Shown here: piece after piece, positions 11,436 to 22,824 of the stretch
How the letters are laid out: each line of letters begins with the position of its first letter
Numbering within the stretch: position 1 is the stretch's first letter
Assembly (NCBI GenBank): GCA_049999805.1
Contig: JBNGIO010006328.1
Span: 49,185-83,625, forward strand
From: Folioceros fuciformis
Taxonomy: Eukaryota
Direction: 5' to 3'
Length of the DNA stretch: 34,441 nt
Position numbers and translations under genes: made by a program
Notes under the pieces: model-generated
Told to the model about the DNA's origin: nothing
The model's input: only the letters and a program-made list of their open reading frames with translations
The model's database searches: none

Positions 11436-11538
11436 GTCAAGTGAGTAATATGGTGGAGTTGGCAAGGGAGTACCCGTATCTCCCAATATGGGTCAGTGAG
11501 CAATATGGTGGAGTTGGGCACGGGAGAACCCGTGATCC
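11428..11538. repeat. Two diverged tandem copies of a ~55-bp unit
   Basis: ccaata..gggtca..gtgag.aatatggtggagttgg..gggag.acccgt at 11428-11482 and 11483-11538. Confidence 0.85.
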
Positions 11539-11839
11539 ACAGTTTTCGGCAGTTTTCCTAACTCGAGAACCTCCAAAACGAACTGCACAGTCCCGCCTCC
11601 GGTGTCGTTTGCATTGTGAAAGGCCCTTGAGACGATCGGCCCAGGGTCGGTTTGCTGTTCCAATGGTAGCTGGTGCTGGGATTGTACGAAAATTTGAATC
11701 TAGCCCGCCAGAGCATGTACAGGCCGAAATAATATCTTATGAAGTTCCGGGCTTTGTCTTTCCATTGGAATTCTGGAGAATAGGTTCGTATGATGAATAC
11801 CAAATTTCACGGGACTCACGCCGACACTCACAAACTGCA

Positions 11840-14127
11840 ATGGCCATGGCGGGGTTGCGCGGCTCTTGGAGGTCACTCTTGCGAGCTGCGGTCTCGGGTT
11901 TTCAAGCAGCCAACGGTTGTGGTCAGGCCTCATGCTTCCATGCGGTCGCGGCTAATTGGAGGATGCAGGCCGAAAGGGAAGCACCGCCGAGTAAGGAGGC
12001 TGCTGCGTGACCTGTGACAAGTGCGGGGTCTATGGCTGCAGGAAGGAGGGAAGGTGATTCATTCGGGGTTTGTGGTTGCTTTGTGTAGCTCGGGAGGTGC
12101 CTATTTCCAAGGAGTTAGTTCGGATTCTGGAGCAGAGAATGATAGCAATGGAAGCTCGGCATGCTCATCTCACGCGATCGTTATCAGAGGTATGCGCCGT
12201 CTGTCTGTTCCCCTGAGTTTCAGCGTCCGTGTATTTGGCCTTGGCTGACTTTTGTGGCTGGGAAATTATGTGTTTTCTTGAAGACAGCTGGATCCGGCGT
12301 CGGAGGACATGGTGAAGATTAGCAAAGAGCTCAGCCGGATGCAAGATTGCGTGAGCCGCATTTCCGCCCTGCGAGCCAAGAGGAAGGTACTGAGACGGTG
12401 CATCGCAGGGTTCGATGATGACCGAGAGAGAGAAAAAAGGATGCAGAGTTTTTATTCATTTTTGCCCGTCACGGCAGGAAATTCGAGATCTTAGGGTGCT
12501 GGTGGATGATGCAAACGAGGATGAAGAGATGCGCAAGGTGGCTGCCGATGAGCTCAAGAATGAATTGAAAGTTGAGTTGGATCTCCACGACGAGATTCTG
12601 TTCCAAATGCTGCCGAGAGATGAAGCTGATACCCGCAGCTGTATCTTGGAAGTCCGAGCGGGTACAGGTGGGAGTGAGGCCTCCCTGTTTGCCATGGATA
12701 TTTTCAAGATGTATCCATGTTTTGCAGCATTTTCATGTTTTTTTTTACATTTGGTTTGTCGTCAAGGTGGGCCCCTCAGTGGCACTGTGCATCATCACTA
12801 GATGCTTGAGCCTCTTCTACGTGGGGTGGGTCCTTAATGTTCTCCAGGTATGAAAAATTTGCGCTGAAAAACTCGTGGGGGTTTGAAGTACTGGAAGTAA
12901 CAGAGACTGATCTAAATGGTTACAAGGTGAGCAGGATCACAATCCTTCAGCTTGGAAGGAATGTACTATGTGGATATTTTGTCGCAGGAGTGTTCGTATT
13001 CGCTGTTCACTGGCCCTGCCTATAATGACTAAACGAAATCTTGATGTGCTTCTGTCGAGCAGGAAGCGAGTGCGGCAATTACAGGAGATGGTATATATGG
13101 AAAGCTGAAGTTTGAGAGCGGAGTTCACCGAGTGCAGGTAGGATGGTTTGAGTCTTTTGAATGCACGTGCCTATCATCTTTGTGAAGCCTGCAACAGATG
13201 TGTGTGAATCCTTTAACATGAAATGACTTGTAGCTCCTACAGCACAAGGGGTTGTGAGATTCCGTAGTTGATCATGTGTCCCATGTTTGCAGCGTGTTCC
13301 AGTCACAGAGAAAGGAGGACGTGTGCACACCAGTACAGCTTCTGTTGCTGTTCTCCCTCAAGCTGATGAGGTCTGTATCGGATGAATAAAACTCAAGTAG
13401 CAATTACCCTCGAGCTTGATGTGCACGATGTTGCCTGAGCTCTGCTGATTTGCATGTTCGAAAGCTTGGACCCTCTTACAGGTGGATGTGGAAGTGAAAA
13501 ATGAAGACCTTCGTGTGGATACCTATCGTTCTGGAGGATCTGGCGGTCAGCATGCTAACACTACGAGTAGTGCCGTCCGGGTCACCCACATCCCAACGGG
13601 GATTGTGGTGGCCATCCAAGATGAGAGGTCTCAACACATGGTATCCCGTGCTGTCGCCTGCCTCTCTGTCGTTTTGTAGTCAGGTCTCAAACCCCAGCTC
13701 TATATAATTCCCAGCTCTAATCTTTGCCCCGGATTGTCTCACCAGAACAAAGCCAAGGCATTGAAGATTCTGAGAGCTAAGTTGTACGACAGAGAAAGGT
13801 TACGACAAATGGCATCAAGGTCGGAGCAGAGAATGGGCCAGGTACAAGCACTAACACTCTGGTCTGTCGCTGCTTTCTGCAATTGTTATGTAAGCTGACG
13901 GCTCACCTGCTCGCCTTTCCTGGTTTCAGATTGGAAGTGGAGACAGATCAGAAAGGATCCGGACGTACAACTTCCCTCAAGGACGCGTGACTGATCACCG
14001 GGTTGGAATCACTCAACACAATGTAGAACAGCTTCTTGAAGGCGAGGGTCTGGACGTGTTCATCGACGCACTTCAAATGCGGCAGGAGGTAGACGCAATT
14101 GCGTCTTTGCAACAGTCGGCCGTCTGA
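11840..14127 (+). CDS. prfA: Peptide chain release factor 1, probably mitochondrial; 10 exons, ~422 aa
   Basis: Exons 11840-11990, 12089-12189, 12288-12386, 12478-12710, 12848-12926, 13063-13137, 13293-13370, 13482-13640, 13746-13841 and 13930-14127 join in frame with GT-AG introns. Motifs [25 protein letters not shown] (RF1 PxT), GGQ and [14 protein letters not shown]. The Arg/Ala/Ser-rich N-terminus resembles a presequence. Confidence 0.95.
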
Positions 14128-14778
14128 ATCTGTTCCTGCCGATACATGCAACCCGATGGCCGCCCCGTCAATTATGGTTCTCACCAACATTCTAGTGTCC
14201 AACCCGTTAAGCTTCACCACACAAACGCGGATCGAGCAAAATACCCAGAGCCTTGTTGTCTGAGTCGCTTCTCCGTTTCGTTTCTTGTGGTAATAGCTGG
14301 GGTGCCCTTTTGCGTCGGATTCTTCAGAGATTTTGGAAGCCCCGCATGAACATCTGACTCTCATGTGGGAATCAAGGAGTCACAAAACCCACCCCCGGTG
14401 CAATTCGAGCAAGCCCCAGGATGTCACTCAAGGAAATCTTAACCTACCGCTGCAGCAAGGGACGTGCGCACTAGAGCAAGGCATCCCGGTCACCTGGACA
14501 TGTAGAAGTTGTGTTCCCGCACAATTTGAATTCCTATCCTTCTACTTTTAGCATGGGTGATGAATTACAGCCGAAGGCATGCGGCTCTTGAGATACCGCA
14601 AAGACGAACTTAAGTCGCTGGTTTGATAACTCTACCAGCTAGCTGGCGGCGTGTGACAACACGGTGGTAGTCGACTTTCTTTCCAACAGCAGGCAGAAAT
14701 CCATCTCGTGTGTTGTCTCGTGTGCTAGCCGTCTTGGTTGAAGTGGGTTTGCCCGGAAAGTGACGGCGAGTGAGCGCG

Positions 14779-16270
14779 ATGGAGGATGGTTCGAGTCGAA
14801 AGCGGTGGTTGCCTCTGGAAGCCAACCCAAATATCATGAATCAGGTAATCCTGGGTCTGTGTTTGTGGGCTTCATCGAAATCCTGGCTTTTACAGGGATA
14901 CTTTGAAATTTAATGATTCTTTGGGGCCTGAAGGTCTCGTTCATGCAGTCAGGTGGTGAAGCTTGGAGGTTTCTCACCCAATTCGGTTGCTGCGCGTGTA
15001 GTTTGTGCAGGGTCTTGGGCTGCCTTTCGGAGCTTCTTTCTACGACGTGTACGGTTTCGATGATGATCTGCTGGCCATGGTTCCCACACCAGTGCTTGCG
15101 GTGCTCTTCCTGTTTCCTATCACAGACGAGGTAATGTAATTCAAGTCGCTGCTGGCTAGCAAGAGCACAGCAGGCAGTTGTTTCCTGATGTAATGTTCTT
15201 GACTGCTGCTACTGATTGCAGTCAGAAATTTCGAGGAAGTCGGAAGACCTGAGAATGGCAGAAGAGGGGCAGAAGGTTGGTCTCGTCTTACTCTGGCTTG
15301 CTCAGCATGTAGTAGCACGTTCTCGACTGTAGTGGTATTCGTACAGTCATGGCGGCTACAGTGGATGGTATTCGTTTGAAGATGACAGACCTTGGTTGGT
15401 GAATGGCAGATTAGCAACGAGGTGTATTTTTTGAAACAGACTGTTGGAAATGCTTGTGGTACTGTGGGTCTCCTTCATGCCGTGGGCAACAGTCGGTCGC
15501 AGCTAAAGATCGGTAGGTCACGTGCTCAGAACTGTCCTCGGTAGCAGGAGAGTATGTTGGCATGAAATAATCCTTGATTGTTCCTCACGACAGAGGAGGG
15601 ATCTTACTTCGACAGGTTCTTCAGTGCCACAGCCAAATTGACTCCGGATGAAGTAAGTTATCTTTCCCTAAAGACGTGTTTGGGAAACCCAAGTCAGGGA
15701 AGGGAAGGGTCTCGAATGGTAACTGTTTGCTACTATCCTGCAGAGAGCGGAGTTTCTGGAGAGGGACACTGAAATCGAAGGTGCTCATGCTGTAGCTGCT
15801 AACGCTGGGGATACTGCGGTAAGAAGTGCTTTCACGCATACTCTGCTGGTTTGAATGCAGTACCAAGATTCTGGTTTGAAACGCTCCCCACCTGTGCAGC
15901 CACCGGATATAAGGAGTTCTGTGGACCTGCATTTCGTGTGCTACGTTTGTGTTGACGGTAAGTTCTTTCAGCTTACGTTCTTCCCGAGGACAACCTAAAA
16001 CCCAAGAGTCAAGTCACGCTGCTGTATCTTGGTTGAAGGTCATCTTTATGAGCTGGATGGACGAAGGAAACAACCCATCAACCATGGCACCACGTCACCT
16101 GCATCCTTTCTCAAGGTACGTAATCCAATCTTTGTGCCATGAGAACACGGACAAGAAAGCTCCAGCTAACATCCGCTTTGTTGAAGGATGCCGGGAAAAT
16201 CATTCAGGATTTCATCGCCAGAAATCCGAACACTATCAACTTCAACGTCATCGCCTTCTCGAAGGAGTAG
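14779..16270 (+). CDS. UCH3: Ubiquitin C-terminal hydrolase (peptidase C12, UCH-L3/UCH3 type); 9 exons, 234 aa
   Basis: Exons 14779-14844, 15002-15130, 15222-15275, 15410-15512, 15594-15652, 15744-15818, 15900-15957, 16039-16115 and 16187-16270. Motifs [19 protein letters not shown] (catalytic Cys), HFVC (His) and LYELDG (Asp). Confidence 0.95.
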
Positions 16271-17051
16271 CGTCTCTCAAATGCCGGTTCTATCCTCGAT
16301 GCTGTCCTGGAGAGTCTCGGAAATCCTTCAGCTCTGGTGAGTCTGGCGATTTGCCGGTGAACAGTAGATAATTTCTGAAGAAACGACAGAACTCCCACCA
16401 AAACTGTAGACAATGCGCTTCGGACCAGCCTTGAGACTCGTCTCAAGGGAGGTGGCAGCATCATCACCCTTTTGTGTCTGTTTTTTTCACCTAAACAATC
16501 TTCCAATATTTTTAGTGAAGAGGAAATTTTCAGCACTGCAACTAAGTTTTCGTACAGCCCAATGTTTTCCTCCTGGGCTGCCAAACATTCTCCACACCGA
16601 TAGGCACATGCAGTCCAAGATCAGGTTTTTTTTTTCAATCGTATGTTTTATATGAATATTCTACGGCATCTCCTCATACATATACTCCATGTCACATTAG
16701 GAGCTGTCATTGCCACTTTAGTGAACCGGACCCGAACCGATCAAGAACAACGAAAAATCTTATATGGTTCATAACTTTGTTTTTTCTTGGTATAAAATCT
16801 TTTATGGTCCATCCTCTCCTTGAGGGGTCTGATATGTGCGGAGGGAGACTTGCAGATGGCCTTCCAAATTGCTAGAGGAACCCTACACCGTGCCCAGTGT
16901 TAATGTAGTCTCAAATTGCCTTGACAGGTCCACATTGCTTGGAAGCTGATGTGGCACATTATACAAACAGGTAAGAGTTGAATGGGGGTATTTGAGGATG
17001 GCGAGATAGTTGCATTGGAGGTTGTAGGCACCCTAAAGCCTTGCAGGCTAA

Positions 17052-17207
17052 GTTGCAAACTACATTGCGTTGCAAGGGCTTATGCCACTACACTAGATCT
17101 CATATGTGCAACGCAATGTCCAAAGGTTCCACAAGCCTTGTACTAAGGGAGTCCGCAACCTACACCTGCAGGTCAATCTACAAGGGCAACGCGATGTAGT
17201 TTGCAAC
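17052..17207. repeat. 156-bp segment bounded by 22-bp inverted repeats (MITE-like or fold-back)
   Basis: gttgcaaactacattgcgttgc (17052-17073) pairs with gcaacgcgatgtagtttgcaac (17186-17207) at 21/22. No TSD seen. Confidence 0.65.
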
Positions 17208-17866
17208 AGGTGCACCATTAATGCCTACTCCTCAAGAAGCAACACCTGGACCAGCATGCCGGGCCAGCTTGCTTCCGTCTATGACTACACGTGGTGCCAC
17301 TGTGTCGTCGTTGACCGGCTGCTGTGCACCTTCGGGGTCGAGGAGATGATGCTTGTGAGCCTCGGGGACGGCAAGCTCGTGAAGCACGGGAAGGTGGGGT
17401 GGCCTGTGCCAGACTTTGACGGAAATAATTTCCGCCTGCTGCACCACAAAGGGATTGTGTACTTTGCCCGACCTACCACGGTACCGATCCTTGGTTCTTG
17501 GTGTGGAAGCCGGATGTGGGCCAGATGGCTTGGGATATTGTGTCTGGAATGCCGGATTGGATTCACGATCGTCTGGTCAAGCCTACGAGGCTGGACAAGC
17601 TCTCGGGCTGCACCCTCTGCGTCGGGGATGCCTATGTTGTGGGCGACTGCATCTACTTGATCCTTGGCATTCAAAGCATCCCTAAGTATAGTTCCTGGTC
17701 CCCATTTGGTACCGTCGCTACGATGAACTCCTGGTCCCATGTCATCACCTTTAACATCCTCGATGAAAGGTGGGGACTCGCGTTTGAGAACATGTCCGAC
17801 CTTGTGTGCAAGGTCTATGCCGATCCTTGTGGCTTCTTGGTGCCCCACTACAACGTTCTTATGTGA
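17208..17866 (+). pseudogene. F-box-associated/kelch-like beta-propeller fragment, 5'-truncated and frameshifted
   Basis: AYSSRSNTWTSMP, VVVDRLLCTF, WDIVSGMP, VGDCIYL and VITFNILDERW lie in two overlapping ORFs with a shift near 17490. No F-box motif seen upstream. Confidence 0.55.
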
Positions 17867-18274
17867 GCCCCTTCCAGCTAAATCCCTCTTTCCTGTCAAG
17901 TATGTGCAGATAACGAGTTACATATCTCTATCTGTTTGCAAATTAGTAGTTAGAGTCCAGACATACACCATGTCTTTAGACTCTCCTCCCCTTCAATTTC
18001 TGTCCAACAAATGAGGACTGCAGACACAAAGCTGTCAGCTGGCGAATGTTCTGAGCTCGCAAAGCCGTTTGGCATCTTGAGGGGCTCGTGGACAGTCATG
18101 TGTAAGTGCATACCATACATAGCATAGCTGTGAGCTCGTCAACTGTAATCCAGTGGTTCGATCGAACATTTCATGAACCTGGCATCTTCTTGAAATCGTT
18201 CCCTGAACAACTAACGGGCACGAACTTATTCATTTCCTTTCTAACGGTAGTTGGACGCGTTGGAGGTGTCGGAC

Positions 18275-20866
18275 ATGGAAAAGGTGCTCCCTGCGAGCCA
18301 GGCCTGGAACCCATCTCTCGGCATGCCCATGCCCCTGGGACTCTTGGGTTGCAGCTCATTGCAGTCATTTTCGGCATCGGACGCACTAAGCGATGCCAGA
18401 GAAGTTCATGCTCATTTCGTGAGACACGGATTTGAGACCAGCACTGTGGCGACTGAAGCGGAATCCTTGAATTGTGATAACCCTGCCGATGGATTTGGAA
18501 GAGGGTCATCTCGGGCTGGAACAGCTGCTTCTTGGACAGCCAACATATCCTCCTACTGTGATGCTGGAAAATATCGGGAGGCTCTTTCATGCTACAACCG
18601 GATGCAAGAGGAAGGTGTGGATCCAAATCAGCACACGCTAGTTGGCGTTCTCAAAGCATGCACAAAGCTGGAGGACCTGGCGGAGGGGAGGCGGGTGCAT
18701 GCTGATGCTACGAGGCATGGATGGGAGTCGGATGTTTTTGTTGGGAGCTCTTTGATCAGCATGTACTCCAAGTGTGGGAGCATCGTGGCTGCAGAGCAGG
18801 TGTTTGAGAGACTGCTAGAACGGAATGTAGTTGCATGGACGTCCATGATTGCTGCTTATGCTCAGAAGGACCAAGGATCGAGAGCCTTGCAGGTGTACCA
18901 GCAAATGATGCAGGAAGGGGTCAGTCCGAATGCGCGAACCTTTGTCAGCGCTCTTCAAGCATGTGGAAGCGTTGCAGAGAAGGAGGACGGTGCGCTTGTG
19001 GGAACTCGGAATGTTAAGGTTGAGGCTTTGAGGATGGGGAGGGAGATACATTCAAGAGCTGCGAGTATGGGCTTTGAATCTGACATCTTTGTTGGGAACA
19101 GTTTGGTTAGCATGTATTCCAAATGCGGGAGTATCGAGGACGCAGAATTGGCGTTCGACAGCTTGGAGCGTCGCACTGTAGTGTCGTGGACTGCGATCAT
19201 TACAGCATATGCGAAGCAGGACCAAGGAGAAAGGGCCTTGCACAGGTTTCAGCAGATGAAAGAGGAAGGGTTTAGGCCAAATACTTGGACATTAGTCAGT
19301 GCTGTGCAAGCATGTAGCAGGCTTGCTGAGAAGGAGGAGGGCGTGATCGTGGACGGTCGAGTTGTGAAGTTGAGGTCCCTGAAAAAGGCAAGGGAGATTA
19401 ACGCTGTAGCTACTGAGATGGGCCTGGCTTCGGACACCTTTGTCGGTAACGCTGTGCTTAGCTTGTATGCAGCGTGCGGGAGCTTAAAAAATGCAGAAGA
19501 GGCGTTCAATGGATTGTCACACAGGGATGTGGTGTCCTGGACCGCCATGATTGCAGCGTATGCTCAGGAAGAGGAAGGTGAAAAAGCCTTGCTGGCATAT
19601 CAACGGATGAAGGCAGCAGGGGTGTGGCCAAATGCAAGGACCTTTGTGAGCACTATCCAGGCATGTGGCAGCCTTGGTGCAAGGGAGGTCGGCGCTCTTG
19701 TGGGTGGACAGAGTGTGAAAGTAGACTCCTTGAAGGTGGGTAGGAAACTACATGCGGAAGCTATATCGAGGGGTTTTGCATCAGATGTATTTGTCGGAAG
19801 CACTCTGATTAATATGTATGCCAAGTGTGGAAGCATCAAAGATGCCGAACACGTCTTCCTCCACCTGTCTGCTCGTAATGTGGTGTCATGGAATGCCATG
19901 ATTGCAGCTTATGCCCAGCAAGAACAGGGAGAAAGGGCTTTGCAACTGTATGCTCGAATGCAGGAAGAAGGTGTGCCTGCCGATGAGGCTACTTTTGTTT
20001 CTGTCCTCGAAGCCTGCAGCATCACAGGCGCTCTAGATACCTGCGCACGCACACACCAAAGTATACTGGAGAGTAAATTGGAGCGCAGCCTTTCTGTTGC
20101 AACCAGTTTGATTCATGCGTATGGCAAGTGTGGAAGCATGGTGGATGCACATCGTGTATTTGACACACTACCCTGGCCGGACGTGGTGACGTGGAATGCA
20201 CTGATTGTCGGGTATGCCCGACTTGGATCTGCTACAAGGAGTATGCAGTGCTACAAAAATATGCTTCAAGCAGGATTGAAGCCCACTGCTGTCACTTTTC
20301 TGGCGCTCCTGTCCGCCTGCAGTCATTCTGGAATGGTGAAGACAGGTTTGGAGCACTTTGAAAACATGATCAAAGAACATGGTATCGAAGCAGAGCTGGA
20401 TCACTATGTTTGCGTACTAGATCTTCTTGGTCGTGCAGGACTCTTCGGGAAGACAAAGGAGGTGCTTACTCAAATGCCCATGGAGCCTGATCTCAATGTG
20501 TGGCTGTGTGTACTGGCCGCTTGTCGCAAGCATGTGAATGTGGAACTAGGAAGAATAGCATTTGATCGTGCTGTGAGTTTAGAGCCAAAACATGCAGCAA
20601 CCTATAAGCTCATGTCCAACATTTATGCCAATGCTGGTATGCCCGAGTCCGCCAACCAGGTCGATGAACTGAGACGGAGAGCTGTTGGATGGAGGAAACC
20701 CAGCCAGAGCTGGATTGAGCATGACCAGAAAGTGCATACATTCCTGGTTGCAGACTGCAGGCATCCTGAAAAGTCTGCGCTGTTCGCAGTTTTGAACCGA
20801 CTCACTGCACAGCTGGAAGAGATGGGGTATATGAAAAACACTGACAGGCTTGGCATCCTTGTGTAA
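18275..20866 (+). CDS. PLS-class pentatricopeptide repeat protein with E1-E2-E+ end and no DYW deaminase core (candidate organellar RNA-editing factor)
   Basis: Intronless ORF with 18 PPR motifs, (P-L-S)x5 + P2-L2-S2, then E1, E2 and a PG-box-like PSQSWIE...HTFLVADCRHP. It stops after EEMGY with no HxExxCxxC. First ATG is 18275, but the frame is open from 18251 behind an AG, so an upstream exon is possible. Confidence 0.95.
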   Translation: MEKVLPASQAWNPSLGMPMPLGLLGCSSLQSFSASDALSDAREVHAHFVRHGFETSTVATEAESLNCDNPADGFGRGSSRAGTAASWTANISSYCDAGKYREALSCYNRMQEEGVDPNQHTLVGVLKACTKLEDLAEGRRVHADATRHGWESDVFVGSSLISMYSKCGSIVAAEQVFERLLERNVVAWTSMIAAYAQKDQGSRALQVYQQMMQEGVSPNARTFVSALQACGSVAEKEDGALVGTRNVKVEALRMGREIHSRAASMGFESDIFVGNSLVSMYSKCGSIEDAELAFDSLERRTVVSWTAIITAYAKQDQGERALHRFQQMKEEGFRPNTWTLVSAVQACSRLAEKEEGVIVDGRVVKLRSLKKAREINAVATEMGLASDTFVGNAVLSLYAACGSLKNAEEAFNGLSHRDVVSWTAMIAAYAQEEEGEKALLAYQRMKAAGVWPNARTFVSTIQACGSLGAREVGALVGGQSVKVDSLKVGRKLHAEAISRGFASDVFVGSTLINMYAKCGSIKDAEHVFLHLSARNVVSWNAMIAAYAQQEQGERALQLYARMQEEGVPADEATFVSVLEACSITGALDTCARTHQSILESKLERSLSVATSLIHAYGKCGSMVDAHRVFDTLPWPDVVTWNALIVGYARLGSATRSMQCYKNMLQAGLKPTAVTFLALLSACSHSGMVKTGLEHFENMIKEHGIEAELDHYVCVLDLLGRAGLFGKTKEVLTQMPMEPDLNVWLCVLAACRKHVNVELGRIAFDRAVSLEPKHAATYKLMSNIYANAGMPESANQVDELRRRAVGWRKPSQSWIEHDQKVHTFLVADCRHPEKSALFAVLNRLTAQLEEMGYMKNTDRLGILV

Positions 20867-22824
20867 GAGTGTGACTGATATTTCAGCTTGGGGTGATGGA
20901 GAAAACAATGGGGATGACGGATATTAAGCCTCAGGATGGGATAGATTGAGCTTCCCAATGAATGAGGATGAGGCTGGAGTGCATTGTGATTGCCTTGCAC
21001 CCAGACTGAAGACATTGAAGTTCAGGCAAGGTTGCGTGGAGGTGAAAAGAGGGCAGTGTAGACAATGCACCTGTTACACGGATGAACTAATGTTTACAAG
21101 TCCCTGAGGTACGCCTTGTTCCATGGAGTTACGGCCTCGGCTGGGATGTTTCCCGACTTCATTGACGCTCACCCCTCTCTGACTCGATGGCCTGGTATCC
21201 TTTTCATTCTGTGCTTTCTTTTCTCATGCTCCTCTTTTGGGTATACAACACTGATTGTCTGTTTTCTCCTCTGGCAGAGAAGGGGGGCACTGCTCTGCCC
21301 AGTGACCACTTCAAGTAAAATGTTGAGGATCCCTTTTCCATCTACGTTGGCGACTTCCAGTGGCTTCGTGGGGCATCTTGCCGGACTGCTCCTGGATCCA
21401 GCGTCTTTTTGCTAGTGACAATAGATGAAGCCGTTAGCATAGATGGACAAGACATCCTCAGAAACTATAGAAGATGTGGTCCTGAAGATAAAAAAGAGGG
21501 AAAGACGTTGTCATTTGGGAAGATTATCTCGGAGCTCCATCCATCTTGACTTGGGCAACATCCGACATTTGCTGTATCGGAGGGCTACAGAAAGCACCAG
21601 CTCGAAACAAACACGTTCAGGGAGGACCGCCATTCCTCTGTTTCTGCAGTTTTCTAAGGTACATCTCAGTGCTGTATGGTCTCTGAGATGGACCCATTGA
21701 TTCTCCGAAAGACCACTCAGCTGCAGGCCACTTTATCTTTCTCGATGTTCGTCAGTGGGGTCACTCTGTTATCCTCTTTCTGGTATATCTGCTGTTTCAA
21801 CAGCTGCAGGCAAACTTTTCAAGTTTGATGGAACGTTCGAGTGAGATGAACTCGAAGGTAATGGTGAGCTTTAAAAGTGTGGTAGAGACTGCACGAGCTA
21901 TTCTGCTGAAGGAATACCCAGCAGGCCACATTTCGGAGCGGCTACGAACCGAGAAGATCAGGGTGACACTTGGACGATCTGTGGCTGTGGGCCCCTCACA
22001 TTCAGATTCGTAGAACGTCAAGATCTGCCTAATGAACCTTGGTTGTCTAAAGCTGCCAGCAGGCCAACATTTTTTACGAAGGCTATTGAAGTGCTGACCA
22101 TGCGTTAGAGATGGCCACTCACAGGGCTCTGTCGTTACCGCTTATAGTGAGCTTTAAATATTGGCACGTCTTGGAGAGTGTGGCAATTCTCCACTGCACA
22201 CTGTCATCCAAAAATTGAGTGCGTCACTCGCAGGAATTGGCTTCCAGCTCATGTCCACCGTCTTCTCCTCGAGGTCTTTCTTCAGTGTGGTCTGCCAGAC
22301 GGAAGCTGAAACCAGCTTTCATAGAGCGAGCAGCCTTGAGCAGACTCTGCGTAACAGTTCATTATCTTCATGCGACAGCGTTCAACTTCTTTGTCTTCAG
22401 TTCCTTTCAAATAAGTGCGGGCTGACAAATTCATGTTCACGGCCGTGCAAACGGCTGAGATTCTATCGTGCTAAGCTCGTCAGCTGCAGGGTCCGTGCAA
22501 GCCAAGCCCTATATATCGAGATCACAGAATCATGGTGGGATACACGAAGGGGCATACACCGAGCAGAGGGCAGCCGGAGCCCGCGTAAATTCATCAGCGT
22601 CTCACAGTGCGAAGTGTGACCTGCTTACGCTCCCATGGGATGTGTTTCCATGCTTGTGACTAGAGGGAAGTGGCAAGTGTTCAAAGTGGCTGAGGGAAGC
22701 AAGTTTTCTTGTCGATTGGTTCTTATTAGAAACTGTGGCTGTCCAATTTGGTAGCTGGAACCACACTAGCGAACACAACTCTTGGTGGGCGGACCAGCTG
22801 TGCAGCTATCGGTGATGCTATGCA

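Noticed and set aside
11179..11538. Direct repeats as a possible CRISPR array
   Set aside because: Head-to-tail copies with no unique spacers, in a eukaryotic context with no cas genes.
11441..11839. N-terminal extension of RF1 from the 189-aa ORF
   Set aside because: It starts at GTG within a tandem repeat. ATG 11840 gives a presequence-like start and a normal protein length.
14557..14563. GTGATGA as a snoRNA C box
   Set aside because: No suitably placed CTGA D box or terminal stem was seen.
18155..18161. GGTTCGA T-loop-like motif (also at 34249-34255)
   Set aside because: No tRNA cloverleaf can be built around either site.
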